From NCBI RefSeq assembly GCF_009914755.1, contig NC_060937.1: DNA of 64,000 nucleotides; one strand, written 5' to 3'. Positions 17,751-31,941 of this stretch are shown piece by piece (the first letter of the stretch is position 1; each line of letters begins with the position of its first letter). The notes under the pieces are model-generated. The model was not told where the DNA came from and searched no databases. It saw only the letters and a program-made list of their open reading frames with translations. A program made the position numbers and the translations under genes. The stretch is from the human T2T-CHM13v2.0 reference genome, Homo sapiens.

Positions 17751-19831
17751 GAGAAGTAAATTGCTCTATATAGAAGAGAATATTTTTAATGCAATAATTT
17801 ATACGATCATGTTATGATGAAAACAAGAAATGTGTTGGCTTAAGAGAGACTGGGCCTAGTTTGTAATAATTTAATGTATGCTTGGCATACTTCACAGTTT
17901 ATAACAAAGCTGATCACTTTATTTTGTGAAATTTTACCCATGTGTCTACTTGAACCTACTTCAGATCGGATCATGGTGGCAAGGATCTACTGAGGCTAGG
18001 AAATTTAAATTATCTACAGAATACTGGGGATATAGGAATAACTTGGTCTGTAAGTGTATAGTGCTCCTTTAACTAAATCATAAAAATCATTGCTGTTTTA
18101 TATGAAAAGTTTATGAGGTCACATGAATGCTTGCTTACTGTGCATATGGTAAGAGCTGTGCATTTCAAGTTAAATATAGGAGCAGTTCTGGCTGTAAAGA
18201 AGTAGTTTGAGAAATCAAGAGAACTATAAACGGCCATCTGCTCTTTTCTCCATTTTTATTTGCTGAATTAACCCAGTGCAATATTTTAATGAATAATGGG
18301 TTGGTATTCCATCTGCTCATTAATTTTTTCACACTGTAGAATAATCCATCATTTTTACTGAGTGGAAACAATTTTCTACTTTGTAAAAATATTTTTTAAA
18401 ATAGAGTCAGTGGGTATAATTCAAATTTCCATTAATTTCAAGTGTATTTTGGAAATGGAGGTGCTGAGAATATCTTTAGGGTCCTAGTGCTAGAAAAAGA
18501 ATTTCAGTTCTTTGAGATGACAATGCATATTGGTTGATGTATATCTTTATTTTATCAGATACATTTGTTTTGGCTTATTTTGAAATAACCAGAAAAGAAC
18601 CTTTCTCTGTATGATCAAAGGTTGCAGAGATGTAAATGGCATCAATGATAATATAACACTTTGTTAAGAGTATAATGATTAGTTCTTTAACAATAATGTA
18701 AAATATATGCCATTATCAGAATTGAGCTTATAGTATTCTAATTGTGATACAATGCCATGAATCTAAAACAAGTTGAGCATATTAATGTGTGTGTACATGC
18801 ACATGCACATCTGCACACATTTAAATAAAAATTTCATTTAAGTGTATTTTTACTTTGTTTCTTCTTTATTGCCTCTGTCTTTTTATTTCTCTTAAGTTGG
18901 CATGGCACATTATATGATTTTGGACCATTTAAGGTTCACGTGTCTGGGAGCAGATGTCGGTTTAATGGCATCTTTAATGTCTGCTGTGCCATTTCCATAA
19001 GTAGATTCTCTGAAATAGAATTTGACCAGAGGGTTCAGACATTTGGAGACCTGATTGGTGTAGTGAGAGGTGAAAAAGAAAAGGGAAGGGGCTTTAAAAT
19101 ATTCCAGTATTGATGATTTCTAGGATTTCTACATCATTTACCAAATTTTTTCTCTCCTGGTGGTTTTCCAGCTCAGTCAGTTCTAAATAATTTATCAACA
19201 GATTTTGCAAAGGCTCCACTCCACTTCTTATCAGTTCTAGGACCTGAGGGTATTCTTACCTATCAGTGGAGATATATTATTCCCTTTAAAGATAAGGGAT
19301 ATGTTGTGCAGAAAGAATGGTGAATAATAAGTAAAAATATTCCTATGGATTATAGGAGCCTATAATATATATTATTTTGAAAGAATGCCTAAATGCTGAA
19401 AATTACGACTTACTGCACTAATCATCATGCCTAAAATAGGTAAACCATCTTAGAGGCACACACTTTAATCCCATCAGGTTTTATTTATATCTTTTTTTCT
19501 GTTGGAGTAGATAAAGCCATAACTATTTATTTACTTCACAGAGCTTTCTATAAACTATTACATACTTATATGTCCTAAGTCTCTTGGTCCCCACACATTG
19601 TTCATACGATCATCCACATCCATTTTTCTCCATTTTGCTAACCAGAATATCTAGTATAATCAGAACTATTCCATCCCAATATGTAAAGTAAATGATATAT
19701 TGCCTACTTTTTCAAGAAAAGGTTTCATTAAAACTTAAAGACCAAGCAAAAAAGCAATTCAGAAAAGTTAAGTGACTCATTTAATTTCAAATGGTTCAAT
19801 ATTTTAAACCACCCAAGAATTTCTGTTTGGT

Positions 19832-20870
19832 GAGCTTGTTTACAGCAAAGGAAACTATTAACAGAGTAAATAGGCAACTTACAGAGTCAGAGAAAATATT
19901 CACAAGCTATGCATCCAGCGAAGGACTAGTATCTGGAATCTGTAAGGAATTAACAAGCAAAAAAAAAAAAAATTAAAAAATGGGCAAAGGACAGGGACAG
20001 ATACTTCTTAAAAGAAGATATACAAGCAGCCAACACACATGAAAAAATGCTCATCATCACTTGTCATCAGATACATGCAAATCAAAACCACAATGAAATA
20101 CCATCTCATACCATGCAGAATGGCTACTATTAAAAAGTCAAAAAATAACAGATGCTGGTGAGGCCATGAAGAAAAGGGGACACTTATACACTGTTGGGAA
20201 TGTAAATTAGTTCAGCCACTGTGGAAAGCAGTTTGGAGATTTCTTAAAGAACTTAAAACACAACTACCATTGGACCCAGCAATCCCATTACTGTGTATGT
20301 ACCCAATGGAAAATAAATAGCTCTACCAAAAAGACACATGCACTCGTATGTTATTTGAAGCACTTTTCACACTAACAAAGATGTAGAATCAACTTATATG
20401 CCCATCAGTGGTGGACTTGATAGAGAAAACATGGTACATAATACACTATGGAATACTATGCAGCCATTAAAAAAGAATGAAATCATGTCAGTCACAGCAA
20501 CAGGAATGCAGCTGGAGGCCATTGTCCAAAGTGAATTAACACAGTAATGGAAAACCAAATAGTATATGTTCTCACTTACAAGTGAAAACTAAACATTAAA
20601 TACACATGGACATAGAGTTGGGAGCAATAGATACTAGAGACTGCTGGAGGAGGGAGAGAGGGAGGGACAGAGGGAGGGAGGGAGGGAGGGAGGGAGGGAG
20701 GGAGGGAGGGAGGGCTGAGGGACTGCCTATTGGGTGCTGTGCTCAATGCCTGAGTGACAGGATCATCCATTCCCCATACCTCAGTGAAACACAGTGTTCC
20801 CACATGACAGATCTGCCCATGTATCTCCTGAATCTAAAATAAAAGTTGAAATCATTTTAAAAAAAGAAAG
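19832..20870 (+). mobile_element. 5'-truncated L1PA15/16-like 3' fragment
   Basis: ORF2 C-terminal peptide TAKETINRVNRQ.TESEKIF; 3' end ctgaatctaaaataaaagttgaaat. Confidence 0.9.
20671..20714 (+). repeat. (AGGG)11 polypurine tract in the L1 3'UTR
   Basis: 44 nt of uninterrupted AGGG. Confidence 0.95.
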
Positions 20871-22987
20871 AACAGAAATAAAAGAAAAGTTAAAACTAAC
20901 TACAAGGAAGACAAGAATGAATACATGTAACAGATAAATATCTTAAAAGAAATAGAACATGAAATAAGAGGAAAGCTTTAAAGCTCAAAAATAAACAAAG
21001 CAATAAAAAAGATTCAAGAGAAAATGACAAATATTGAAGACAAGAAAAGAAATTGAATATATGATAGTAGGAGTCCCTGTGGAAGAAACTTGGAAGCAAG
21101 AAAACAGAACAAACACTAATATGAAAATTCAAAAAGCTTTTCTAAGTAAAATGTGAAGCTGCCTACTGAAAGAGTACATCACATCCTTAAGAATATTGAC
21201 TTAGAATTGTGAACATCAAAACATTGTGATAAAGTTACTGGACTTTAAAGAAAAAGAATAAATCATTTGGTTATGTAAACAAAAGGAAAAAATGACTTAC
21301 AATGGAAAGAAAATTAGATAATTACCACATCTTTCAGCATCAATGCTTTATACCAAAATAAAATGAAGAAACATATGTAAGATACTCAAGGGAAAAACAC
21401 ACGAGACATGGATTTTATTTCCAGAAAATACAGCCTTCTAATGTCTAGCAAAGGACACAAGAAAACTGTCCACAACATGTAAGAACTCGGATCCTATAAG
21501 CACTTCCTGAGGAATTTATTAGAGAACCGGCTTGAGACAAGTAGAATAACTAGAGAGACATCATAAGAACTGGTGGAGAACATTAAATAAATAGTTACTT
21601 GTAGAGCTTAAAGTAAATGGGGCAGAAAAGGAGAGGGTATGTGATGGCCATATGAACTGAGAGTACAGACAGTGTAAGTACTTTACAAATGGGAGGAGAA
21701 TGGAAAAGTAAACCTGTATTTTAGTGTTTTTACTAGTCATATTGGTGGTGGTATTATTGTTAGGTTCTGAGACTATTGTGTATATAATATGGAAAAAACT
21801 AATGAATAATTATGGGATAGTCTTGATGTATCATCCCGTGTCCTTGAGAATCAGATTTTTGGTTTTGAAGAAAGTAGATAGCGGTGTGCTAGAGAAAAAA
21901 TTAAGTCAGGAATTTGAATCTAATCTGAATCATCAAAGCGAGTAACCTCAAGAGAAATTTTATTTTTAAATGCGTACTTCCCAGTTCTGTGCACTGAAAA
22001 AGCCCAGAAACTCTGATATGGCCTATAAAGTGGGCTCGGAAAATCTTGTAATGGTAGCTATCAAGGAAGCTTTCAGAGACTGTTAGATCCATGTTAAAAG
22101 TTGCCAACTGAATTTGAGCTTCAGTAATGATAATTGCAGTAGATTGAAGCCCATCAAATATGTTAAAATCTTTGCGTTCATAATGATATTTAAAAACAAC
22201 AAAAGAATTATTCATCTTTGGAAGATAATACGAAACCAATCATTACATGAAAATTAGTCAATAAAGGGGAAATATATAAACATTTATTCTGACTTTCCTA
22301 AATGAACTATACCACTAAGTATCTAAATAGTAGATGTGGGAATATTTCTTTATAAAAGTAATTTCAACTAATAAATGAAAAATGAATGATAGAATGTTGC
22401 CATTTTGCAATTTCCAATGAATGAATATGGGCATTTAGCACAAACAGCTGCTAAGATCACATAACACAGATGACCGGATATTACGTGCCTCCTATAATCC
22501 TGCCAAATGCCACTAATAGTCATGACAAAAGATTAAACTTGAGTCTGATGCTTCTCTGGATCCAGCTGCAAATTGCAGAAGGCTATTGAGAGGACAAAGG
22601 AACATGCTGAACTGCACTCTCAAAAGGATGTGTTCTGTAAAATCCGGATTCTGGAAAACTCTATAGGTCAAATTGTCTGGGTTTTCCAAAAGATAAATTG
22701 CAGGAAAGTGGCAGATGTGGAGGAGGACCCTGTAGATTAAAAGTGACTTAAACTATATCAGGTTTTTAAAAATGAGCAAAACCAGAGTAATTAGAGACAG
22801 ATATTGGAGTGATAAAGCTATTTTTAAAACACAATTAAAGTTAGGTATTATAAAAATGAGGAGAATGATGATTTTGGTGAGGGGAACAGAGTTGTGAATG
22901 GAATGGGGTTTCTGGAATGTGCGGTAAAGTTCTATTTCCTGACTGAAGTGGTATCACTGGTAATAATTCATTAAGCCATACATCTTT

Positions 22988-23344
<357 letters not shown>

Positions 23345-24149
23345 TCTTTTATTTTAAAATAAAAAGAATTTTAAAATTTCTGTTTGGTAGAATATAAATA
23401 TAAAAATTACTAGACAGCACCAAATTATAAAGAGAGGTTTTCTCTGCTGGTTATACCTTGAAGATTTTTATATGTTTTTCCTTTCTTTTCATTCTTGTAA
23501 AATTTAGTTTTGAAGCAGGCTATGGATGTCTTTGGAAACCTGCATTCAGAGAGATGACACTGTAAAGTGTTTCCAGGGACTACAAAGCATAGAAAACTCA
23601 TGACAAGCCATTGTAAACTGAGGCATGTGTCTGATATATATCTTATTGACGAGGTCTCTGTCAGTCAAGGCAGTGCTATGACTAGAACTCAGTTGATGCT
23701 GTCTCCCATCTTGTGCCAGATGATCCATCTGTAGCCCTCTCAGCTAGAGTTATGTATCTGCAAGATCATAGGAACATTTTCTTCAATTATGAAGCATGAA
23801 TGTAATAGGGGAAAATTGTTATATTCTATGAAAAATTACCTGTATTTTTAATGAAAATAATTCCATTAAAACATACTTCAATTGAAAATATATTAAACTT
23901 TAATGCTTCTGATAATATTTGATGATGGAAAAGGAACTAGCAAGGGCAATATAGCCTTCTCCTTAAATCTTGAGGAAAGCATATATGATAGGAACTAACT
24001 TCCTTTCTCTTTTACAGAACAATTAGGTAAACCTCATAAGAACAGCTATTATGCTTGTTTTCTTCATGGCTGTATCCCTAGTGACAACACAGTACATGGC
24101 ACACAAGCACGTGGGAGGGAGGATCTCAGAAAACAGATTCAAACATAGA

Positions 24150-24385
24150 GGCATGACTCTGTGAATGGCTTCTGGCATTAAATAGCCTGGTTCAAATCCC
24201 AGCTCTTAAAGTTAATGGCTTCTGTAGCATTGGAGAAGTTACTTAATCACTCCAAGCTTCAATTTATGCATTTCAAGGTAGAATTAGCTACCCTTCTGGG
24301 TCATTGTGAAAAATTAAGATTTTATACATAAAATGTTCAGTTCCATGCCTGGCAGAGTTTGTGTTCAATAAGTGGTAACTATTTC
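24150..24385 (+). mobile_element. MIR
   Basis: ggttcaaatcccagctct..aagttacttaatcactc..tgcctggca..tcaataagtggtaactatt. Confidence 0.8.
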
Positions 24386-24663
24386 TTAGAATACATTCTG
24401 TTCCAGCTAGAATTATTTATTCATTTTTAAGCAAAAATTTGGGATGAGAAATGAGGCTTATGCATGAATATAAAAAATCCTAGAGGATTTCTTAGGACAT
24501 TACTGATTTTCAGTGCCCCCATTATGATTTATTCTAATCAGCACCCAGAAGTATCAGGAACTGGTGTTATTCTCCTGTATAATGAATTAGTCGCTAACTT
24601 TTAAATGTACGTTGGCTTCTTTCTTTGTTCCTTCCCTTTTGCCATGTATACCTTGGTGTCCAG

Positions 24664-24703
24664 AAAGAAGGAATAGCACCAATAGCTTGAAATCCATCAG
24701 ACG
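24664..24703 (+). other. Candidate small internal exon (40 nt, or 45 nt to 24708 with the second donor); host gene not identified
   Basis: Branch-like cgctaac (24592-24598), about 70-nt AG-free pyrimidine-rich tract, cag acceptor, donors CG|gtaaag and AA|gtatgt; one open frame xRRNSTNSLKSIRR. Confidence 0.5.
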
Positions 24704-25179
24704 GTAAAGTATGTTATCAAGATTCATAAAGAATGTTTGGCTTGTGTTGATTATCATGTTAATTAGAATACCTTCTCTACTGAAATGTTCTATACAATTG
24801 ATGTTTTACTTCCTCATGTCTGAAAGCATATAACTTGTAGTTTTCTGAAATAGAAGAGACAGATAGTACCAAATCTTTGCTTTAGAGCCCATTCCCCAGA
24901 GAAGTTTGTAGCTGTGCTGAAAAAAATGAAAAAAAAAAACAAAAAACAAAACAACCCCACAACTTCAGGCATATTGCTTGAAAGATATACTGGCATAGCA
25001 TAGAAATGTTTTTTAACCTTATCATGAAAAGCTCAAGGGTATTACCTATATGATCAGCCAAAGAAATGTATCAGGCTTAAAAACAAACAAAGACCAGAGA
25101 CATATCAATTCTCCTTTTCAGTGTTACCTTTCTTTTCATTTCTTTCCCTTTTTCCTTTTGTTTTCTTTATTTTCTTTTT

Positions 25180-25319
25180 TTATTTTTATTTTTTATTTTT
25201 TTAAATTTATTTATTTATTATTATTATACTTTAAGTTTTAGGGTACATGTGCACAATGTGCAGGTTAGTTACATATGAATACATGTGCCATGCTGGTGCG
25301 CTGCACCCACTAACTCGTC
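25180..25319 (-). mobile_element. Young L1PA2/3-like extreme 3' stub
   Basis: ttatactttaagttttagggtacatgtgcacaatgtgcaggttagttac..gctggtgcgctgcacccactaactcgtc, close to recalled consensus with CpGs intact. Confidence 0.9.
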
Positions 25320-25489
25320 TTCTACAATTTACCTATCAACATTTTTTAAATGAAGGCAATTAAAAATAGACATTTATTTGATGAAATAAAAATAAATATG
25401 ATTATAAAATTAACATTTAAAGAGAACATTTGGAGAGATTTAGTAGTAGTTTTTATATCAAATAATAATTTTAATAGAAACAAATATTT

Positions 25490-26290
25490 TATTTCAACAA
25501 ATGTATGAATGCCAATTTAATGCAAGCAGTGTGCTAGGAACTATGATCCTACTGATAGAAACAAGATATGACCTCTACCTTCAAAGAGCTTCCAGTCTAT
25601 TCAAAGAAATGAGAAAATGAGCAACTATGTAAAATAATTAAGTTAAAATGAAATGTGTGTGACAAGAATACAAAGCCCAAAGCCTCTGCCAAGAAGTATC
25701 AGAGAAGTCCCCATCAGAGATTTGGGATTCTGAGTTATCACTGAAGGACTGAATAGCCTTTGCTCAGGCATACAGGAGAGAAAATGCATTCCAGGAAAAG
25801 GAATGTCATGAAAAGTCATCAAATTATGAAGATTCAGGGACTAGCAATGGGTCAAGCTTGGCTCAGGCAGAGTGAGCATGGACAGAAGGGTGGAGACAAG
25901 ACTGGGGTCAACAGGAAGCACCTTGAACAGAACATCCAGGGAACTGGACAAAGTAAGCAGGGGTCATCGAGTGTTTCTGAGGAGGAAATGATCTGGTCTG
26001 TGTCAGGAAAGTAACATGGCATTTGCAAGAATGGATTCCAGAAGCAACAACGTGGAGGCTGGTAGACAGTTAGGGGGCTGACTCGTCCACCTAAGAGATT
26101 GTGGGGACTTGATTTAGAGTAGTCTCATATGGGGATAAAAGAGAGAGGAAGAACTCGGGGATGTACACCTGCTAGGGGAGATATGGTGGGCAAAGAATGG
26201 GAGAAATACTTATTGGAAGATGTCTCCTAGTTTGAGTGATTAGGAAGATGTTACTGAAGCCATGAACTGAAATAGGAAACACAGGGTGAG
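25490..26290 (-). mobile_element. L2 fragment
   Basis: ttcaacaaatgtatgaatgcc..gtgctagga..ctaccttcaaagagcttccagtct: reverse L2 3' region. Confidence 0.7.
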
Positions 26291-26299
26291 GTTCCTGCT

Positions 26300-27600
26300 T
26301 AGGTCCTGAGAGTAGCAGTTGACTCTCTTGGCCACACCCTTTCTTCACATTTTTCATTTGGCTTCCCAGACCCCCACTCTTTCTTGGTTTCCCCCAACCC
26401 CATTGGCCCCTCTTTATTAGGGTCATTTATTGTAGCTTCTATGTCTTCACCACCTCTGCTTGTTGGTGTTCCAAGGCTGAGTAATTGACCCCCTAACTTA
26501 TGTGTCCTCACTCATTTCCCAATTTCATGGCTCATAAAGTTATTTCCAAATATAACAAATTTAGCTCCAGCTCCAAGCTTTTCACCCTAATCCCAGACTC
26601 ATATATCCAACTGCTTACTGGGCATCTAATAAATGTCTGAAACTTAAAATGCTCACAAATGAAGTTGTGATCACTACTTCAAGGGTGATTTTTCTCCTAG
26701 TTTGCATATCTTATTTGATACCAACTACATGGCTCAAATTCTTAGAGTCATCCTGGACTCCTCTCTCTCACATAGCAGCTGCAGTGCCCCTTTTACAACA
26801 TCTACCTAATAAAATTGCCCTTCCATTCTAAATTCTCCAATGGTTTCTCATCTCACTCAGAGTGCACGGTACAGTCTTTATGATGATGTCTGAGGCCTTG
26901 TGTGACGTGTCCCTCTGTTACTCTCTAACCTGGCTTCCTTCCACCCCACTTCTCTCTGGCTTTGCTTCATGGGGGCGAGTCAGTCTCCCCTGGTTTCTTC
27001 AACACTCTGAGCAACCTTCTTCCTCAGAGCCTTTTCACAAGTCTATCCCTCTTCCTGTAATCTTCTTCCAAAAGAAAGTTGCAGACCTCCTTCACTGATT
27101 CAGGTCTCTGCTCAAAAGTCCCTTTATCAGAGAGACCACCTTAAGTAAAACTGCAATAAATGATCTCCACACTCCATTCTCTTGCTTTGCTTACTTTCTT
27201 CGTGTTTATCACCACTTGACCTATTATACAGGTGTATAGGTTGGTCTCTTTCTGATAGAATTTAAGCATCTTGAAGTTTTATTTATCAGATATTATCTAT
27301 GTCAGGCAGACTTTTAAGAACTTTACAAATGTTAACTCATTTAATATGCATAACCACCTATGCCATAGGTGGTAACATTTCCATTTTATACACAGAAAAT
27401 TGAAGCACAGAGAGGTTAAATAAATTACTTAAGATTTCACAGCTCATTTGTGGTAGGCCTGGGACTCAAACTTAAGCAGTCTGGCTGCTTCACCACCACA
27501 AGTTTTGCTTTTGAGAACAGGGACTCAGTTTCGTTCACTGCTTCACTACTTGCGTGGCACTGAGAATGTGACCTGGCTCTGTGTGTAATGAATGAGTCGA
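26300..27600 (+). mobile_element. L2 fragment interrupted by a MIR
   Basis: ccagactcatatatccaactgcttactgggcatct..gagtcatcctggactcctctctctc; terminal aatgaatga near 27590. Confidence 0.75.
27275..27500 (-). mobile_element. MIR
   Basis: ttaactcatttaat..ccattttatacacagaaaattgaagcacagagaggttaaataa. Confidence 0.85.
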
Positions 27601-28091
27601 CTTGGATATATTAATTTGAGGTGTTGGTACAGTATCTCTTTCCCATGATATAGAAATATAATGATAAAAATTCAAAGTTTGTTTTAATTCAATCACTATG
27701 TACTATTCCTTGTAAGAATATCATTTAAGTTTTTTTAAGTTCTCTGCATTTTAAAATCTGTCTACATGATTCCCTTTTCTATTAAAACACTGCTATTGTA
27801 AACTCAGCAGTAAATACTAAATATTAAATACTTGACTGCTTTCTTATGGTCATGGGCTGAGTCTAGCAAATTAATAAAAAGAGGGCTTGTCTGTAAAATT
27901 TCTTCCTTTTAATTGCACTGTGGGAAATAGTCAATAAAATATTTGATGAGGAATGTTAAGCATCTATTGATCACGACAGGTGCCAAGCACTCTGCTGTGC
28001 AGTGAACATAAAGACCTGTAAGGTATCCCTCCATCTGAGGAGTTCACATTCTGTGAGACAGACTAGTAAACAGGTACAAAAGTTATTACTG

Positions 28092-28470
<379 letters not shown>

Positions 28471-29179
28471 TCACAGGAAAGGTTTGGTGGAGAGGATGTT
28501 GGGTGTCCCAGGAGGTGAGTATTTGCAAGACCAACTCAGAGTTAAGAGCAAAATAGGGCCAAGGGTGTTGGTGGGGATGGTGGGTTGAAGGCTTTCCAGA
28601 CGAAGGAAAAAGCATAAATAATAGAAGCAGCTTATGTTGTGAATCTTTGTATGAGTTGATCTTTCATGAGGAAAAATATCTATTAACTTGTGAAAGTCCA
28701 ATTTATTACTAGCTCAGTAAATTCTATGAGGCTTTTGAAGGATCAGAACTACATATGTATAAAGATTGCTGACAGGAAATAAAAATAATGTGTTATCATT
28801 TTACAGGCATTTAAAAATATATTTTCTTTTAATTATGAAAATGTAAAATGATGGTTTTGTTTAATTTCTTTCTGTTAGAATTGACGTTTTGCCACAGTTT
28901 CAGAAAGCAACCAAATTTCTACAAATGCTGGTTAAATTTTTACTGAATTTTAGGTTTGTTTTCATCTCAAATACATTTTTATAGTAAGACTATTCTTAAC
29001 ATTTATTTATAATATATCTTTTAAAACTTATCCAATCAGTTTATCTGAGGGTAGAGTTTGGCATAGATATTTTGTGGGATTCCATACATTTTTTACAAGA
29101 TATCTTGGCTTTTTTAAAGAAAATTTTATATAATAACTCATCTTAGGTTTTATGATTTTGAAAATTTCTTATATTAGTA

Positions 29180-29260
29180 TTAGATTGGTACAAAAGTAAT
29201 TGTGGTTTTTGCTATTAATGGAATGAAAAAAACCACAATTACTGTTGCACCAAACTGTAA
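29180..29260. mobile_element. MADE1 (Hsmar1-derived MITE)
   Basis: About 80-bp palindromic element: ttagattggtacaaaagtaattgtggttttt ... aaaaaccacaattactgttgcaccaa. Confidence 0.9.
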
Positions 29261-31762
29261 CATGCTTTGTAACTTACAAAGACTATTGCTTCAAAAGTTT
29301 ACTTTACCTGTATTGCTTCAGTTGACTGACCCTAGCAATAGTTCTGTGAATTAGACAAAAGATAGTAGTTCAGAATTCCATGTACATATCCCTGATTCTC
29401 TTTTTACCCACCCTTCAAATGACAGGATCTGATGAGTTCAGCTAGCTGTTGAGAGCATGTAATTGCAGAAAAGGTGTCAGGGCACCATGCAAGATTGTTG
29501 ATCAGATGACATGATGAGAGCAGTGTCGATGGATGGTGGGTCTTGTGACCAGGGTTTTAATCAGTCTTGGCCCATTCATCATCTGGATGTAGACCCTGTA
29601 TATATCACTAGATTTTTCTGAGTCTCAATAAATCATATCTGAAAATAAGTTGGAAGGGAAGAGACAAAATCATCTCCAAGGTCCCTCTCTTCTAGTTTGA
29701 AGTTCTGAACCTTGATGTGAACTCAAAAGTAAATGAAGCAGAATAAACACAACCATTAGAAGAATCTGTTAAAAGGTTCTGATGAAGCATGAAGGTTTTT
29801 AAGACCTTGTGACACAAAGTGCATATGGACATGTTATCCTAGGCATTCTGCAAACAGGCAGCATCTCTTCTTATGGAATGTACCAAAAGCTGATTTCATA
29901 TCCACACTGGTACCTTTTGTTATATGTGACCTGAGTTTACTCTGGGAAAGCAGTTGCTCCATGGAAGTGATCCACTTCTAGGAGGAATTTTTTATTTTTC
30001 TTAATTATAGTAAATGAAACTTTCCTACTAACAATTTAGAGAAAGGATCAAAATAATTACTTTCAGATATTGCAGATTAATGGAAACACAGTTGACACTG
30101 GCCAGGAAAAGTGTTTTTCTATTTCTGGTTAGATAGTATTTTCTCAACCATCTGCCTGTGAAATGTGGAGTGAAAAACTTATAGAAGCCATTTTTAGAAA
30201 GCAAGAATGGTATCATATGTTAATATTCCAGATCATATATTTATTTTCTCATGTCATCTCTTATATACAAAGGCACCTGTATCCCATGGTAATGGTCTGG
30301 AATTCATTATTTTCTTATTCGCTAATCCATAAACTAGACAATTGACTAGAAATCAATGCTAAGATTTATTGTCACAAATGGTACATTTTCTAGGGAAATG
30401 CAAAACTTTCTTTTACATTCTCTTGGATTAAAGATTACATTTTATCACCAGTTTTTTAGAAATTTCCTTTTCTGGAAATCTGTGTTCCTATTTGGAAAAA
30501 TGCTTAATACCTTCTTATTATCAGCACTGCCACCAGTCTTCACCTTTGTAATAATTCCTATGTAAATGCTAATGCGCACAAACCCAACCTAAGTACCCCT
30601 GCTCCCAGGAGTAGAAAACATTCTAACCAGGGCCCATAATTTTAGAATTTCATAGAAATTACTCTGTTTTACAATACTAAGATTGCTGCATGAGAACATT
30701 GGATCTCTGTCCCTCCATTTCTATAGATTACACAGAACTATTAGAAAAAATAGTTTCATGAACCCAAAGCTCAATTATTATTTTATATCTCTGAGGTAAC
30801 TTATTAGACAGTTGTAATAATTCTATTTCCTTTCTTCAGGTAAAGTAGACAAAGTTGGCTAATTCTTTGAAGGCTGGATCAGCATCTTATTAATTTGTGT
30901 TTCCTTTGCACCTGGTAGGTGTCAGTAAATTTCTGTTGAATAAACGAAGGGCCTCATAGGCTTCCAACAAAGGACACAAACACACAAGATGCTTATTGAA
31001 GAATAATTCATGAGATAATAGTGGTTAAAAGGTCATCTCTTCTTTCCGTAAATGTGTTCAAGAAACATAAGAGTTCAGAGTGAACTGAAGCCTTCCGAAC
31101 CTTAATATACCTAGTGCTGGCATCTTAAACTAATTTATAGATATGACTTTTGTAGTATGTCATGGAGATAATTTGTCTACAGTCATTTCACTGGCATCAC
31201 TGAATAGCCTTTCTCTAATAAAAGTCCATCATTATTATATTGAATCAGACTTAAATACAGAATGTAAGTATTGTAAAATACATTTAAATACCTTGATTAA
31301 ACCTTACTAACTCAATTTCAAATGACATTTCATTCCTTTAGTCTCTTAGTTTTTGTCCCTTACATGGTAAATCCATTTTCTTGGCTTCTCAGTGTATTCA
31401 TTGATTCTATTTTTCTATTAGTTACATAAAAATTAGGATATTCATCTGTTATGTTAACTACAGTTACTTAATAGTTTTAAACTGTGCAATAGTGAAGCTA
31501 GTTCAAATATATTTCTTCATGGTTGAATTGCATTTTAAGAGTCAGTCAGTACTTCCATCATAATCTTTCACTAATGTTCCTTCCTCAGCATCTTTTGGAT
31601 TCCAGCTGTTGCTAATCCAGTCCAAAGCTTTCATGAAGGGTTAGAGTTTAGCTCCAATTTAGCTGAGCCAGTAAAAGGAAACCTGAAATATACTTACTGT
31701 GGTTTCATTCGAGGTAAACAAGAGATGAACAGGATGCTAGAATTAACTCAGTTTCTCTAGGT

Positions 31763-31941
31763 CAGTGGTTGGCAAGGGTTGGTCCCGAAGCAGCAGTATC
31801 AATCAACATCACCTGGGAAATTCTCAAACCAACTAGAGCAACTAGAGCCATAGAGTGAGAAACTCTGGAGGTGGAGCCCAGATATCTGGTTTCACAAGCC
31901 CTCCAGGTGATCCTAAGCACACTCAACTTTCAGTTCCACTG
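31763..31941. mobile_element. MER5A (hAT-Charlie)
   Basis: cagtggtt..catcacctgggaa..aaactctggaggtggagcccag..caagccctccaggtgat..ccactg. Confidence 0.85.

Noticed and set aside
18897-19323. Long stop-poor frames on both strands after a pyrimidine tract
   Set aside because: Internal stops, no matching donor in frame, and no recognisable protein family
29429-29460. CTGATGAG resembling a hammerhead ribozyme core
   Set aside because: No stem II closed by GAAA and no supporting stems I/III
29508-29624. C-box/D-box pair suggesting a snoRNA
   Set aside because: Only a 3-bp terminal stem; overlaps MIR-like sequence; no clear guide
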